Shown one piece after another: positions 61,836 through 64,000 of a stretch of DNA of 64,000 nucleotides (positions are counted from its first letter, which is position 1; every line of letters starts with the position of its first letter). Under the pieces are notes generated by a model. That model searched no databases. It had not been told where the DNA came from and saw only the letters and a program-made list of their open reading frames with translations. The translations under genes were made by a program, and so were the position numbers. Source of the stretch: Hypanus sabinus (Eukaryota); contig NW_026780455.1 in assembly GCF_030144855.1 (NCBI RefSeq), forward strand, positions 434,001 through 498,000. The letters are read 5' to 3'.

Positions 61836-64000
61836 ATCCACCCAGCGCCAATCACTCCTACGTAAACCATGTCGATGTTAGCTCATTTTCCCTGTATCCA
61901 CGTGCCTAGCCAATTACTGGTGTGAGCAATCTCACGGTTGTATAGTTTATCCGTACTTTTAAGAAGAAAGGCACTTTGAAATCCGATCTTTCTTTTTGCC
62001 GTGTGCTTAAAGATGCGGCTGCCATTTTGTGAGACTGTTCTTCCAGCACATCATTTTGTGAACACTTTGAAATTATTAATGCTCTGCAATGTGATTATGC
62101 GGGCTTCGACAGATTTGGGTGTACGCGCGGATTTCGATTTTTGTATTTGGGTGTGAGCGCGGAGATTGGAGATGAGCGCGGATTTCGGGTGTATCAGCGG
62201 ATTTGTGTGTGAATGCGGATTTCAGATTGCCTGCACACGGATACGGGACTGTCGGCGGATGTGGAGATGTGCCGATTTTGGTGTGCGTGTGCACTTAAGG
62301 ATGGACGAGGGTTTGACAGTGCGGGGGATGAAGGTGACTTCGAAATGCTCGTAAGTATAATCGAGCGCGAGGACGTAGGGTGTACAGATTTCAGGGTGCA
62401 CGCCGATATGGAGTATTTTGTCGATATAGGATCCGCGCTGAAATTCATTTGCAACGAGCTCAATCCGAAGTTGAACTTCGATTTCCTCCTGACGTGTCCA
62501 CTTGGGAATCTAAGGCTCCCTGGCATTCTCATTCGATACTCTGGTTCTCTTGCATAGATGAATGCCGGATGGCGTTGAACTTGGTTATGAAGATTCAGTA
62601 TCTCTAAGCGAACTTAAGCATGTTCCGAGAGTGCTGCAGGGGGCGCTGTTGAGCCAGGAAGCACCAGCTACACCGATCGCTCCCTCTGGATCGCACCTGC
62701 AGTTAGGCGGGGCTGTCAGCTGCAGATCAGGTCGTGAATCGCTTTCTATAATCGGATTTGTGGCTTGCATTCATAAGGTTTCCTGAGAAACTGACTTTTC
62801 AGGATAGTTTGCAAACTAATCACCACTTTTTGAAGTGAAGGACGTGATATCTACCCTTCATTCACACCATCCTTCCTCTTGCATATCGCTCAGTGATTCT
62901 GCATCGTCCTCGAACACAAACACTGAGCCAGGCAGAGAGAGCGAAAGAAAAACAAAATAGTGATAGATGGATGCCTAGATGATGGTGCAGACAACCCTCA
63001 CAATCTCAGCTGGTTAGCGGGTCGGTAGTGTGAATTCACTAGACGTACGTAGTAAAGGGAACCATCGGGGTTTCCCCTTTTCTTCACCTGTAGGTCAATA
63101 GTTGATGTGGTTTCCGGAAATGCAGGAGAGACGAATAAAGGTGTATCCCAGATTGGGGCCTGCTATGCAGCAGAAACTCAACAGGTAGCAGGAGAATTTC
63201 CGTCCGATGTTTATCAATGTGAAACAACGCAGAAGACTGTTCAACGTTCAAACCTCAGGGTAAATTTATTGCCAAAGAAAGTTTAAACTACTCAAACATT
63301 TAAACATTTAAGTTTAAATGTAAACTACTCAGAGATTGATTACCAGTTGAAAGAATAAAACGTGATAAAATGAAAACCAATATATACATAACGGAGTACA
63401 AACAATGTGCAGAAGAGTACAAATTAAATATGTAACGACTGAGTAATATTGAGAGCATGGAACATTGAAAGTGAATCCATAACTTTGAAACTGTTCCGGT
63501 TTGAGATGAAGGAAGTTATCCACACTGATACAGGAGCCCGAACCAGCGTGGATAACGTCACTTGCATTAACACTGCGCAGAACAAGATGACGGCTGCAAT
63601 CGGCCTTTATATGAAGCTCTGGAGAAGGGGCGAGTACTCTCCGGCATGGATGGGATACCGTGCTCGGGCTGGGTGTCGCCGCACCAATGCTACCGCAGTG
63701 AGGCTCGCTCTATCATTACTAGCCACATTATATAACTCCAGCAGTAACACTCCCCTCCCACCACAGTGTGTCAACCGATCACCACCACTCCAAACAAACC
63801 TCACTCCATCAACATTACCCGACAGTGCGTCACCCCTCAAGTAGTATTCTACTTCCCGCGGATACTGTTGACAATAGATGGAAACTTTCTACACTTTGAT
63901 ATCTGCCTGTCAACTCGCCATCATCAATACACATCTCGGGCCTCGTTCTCGTACACGCCCGGAAGTGTCGTAATCGTCAGACAGCCCCAATCTTCGTCAG

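Noticed and set aside
62400-62560. Minus-strand KFNFGLSSLQMNFSA plus ACAAAATAC resembling a V end
   Set aside because: Appears homologous to noncoding DNA between V and the CTCF module in the paralogous blocks; no Cys, Trp or heptamer.
1-64000. D, J or C segments and 12-spacer RSSs
   Set aside because: CACAGTG/CACTGTG hits outside V ends that I checked (e.g. 46801) had no matching nonamer, and I saw no FGxGTxL exon with a donor. Manual search, so short D segments could be missed.
63449-64000. Short ORFs at the right edge
   Set aside because: No recognisable domain, splice pattern or repeat; possibly a decayed retroelement, cannot be called.

Overview
Draft vertebrate genomic DNA with 7 N-gaps, most likely from a cartilaginous fish and probably a ray or skate. 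That call is an inference from the chondrichthyan-type GPR139-like GPCR, HE1/V-SINE-like SINEs and the CR1/Penelope repertoire. The window is the variable-segment region of a T-cell receptor locus. I find 16 V-exon sequences plus 2 orphan leader exons, in both orientations, most followed by a 23-bp-spacer recombination signal (RSS), and no D, J or C segments. Twelve V exons resemble TCR-beta V of the TRBV30 type (SQTI.Q, WYRQ, LFYS, RP, YFCAWS/CACSS). Four belong to a different family that aligns best, from memory, with TCR-delta TRDV2, and each lies in the opposite orientation to a neighbouring Vbeta-like segment. Only two segments (7.3 kb and 47.0 kb) look fully functional. The left (6-19 kb) and right (46-63 kb) parts are rearranged inverted paralogous blocks. 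CTCF-like motifs, several right behind RSSs, point left in the left part and right in the right part. A two-exon GPR139/GPR142-like GPCR occupies the left end. The rest is CR1, L1, Rex1-like and Penelope retroelements, nested solo LTRs, SINEs and simple repeats. All alignments and counts were done by eye.
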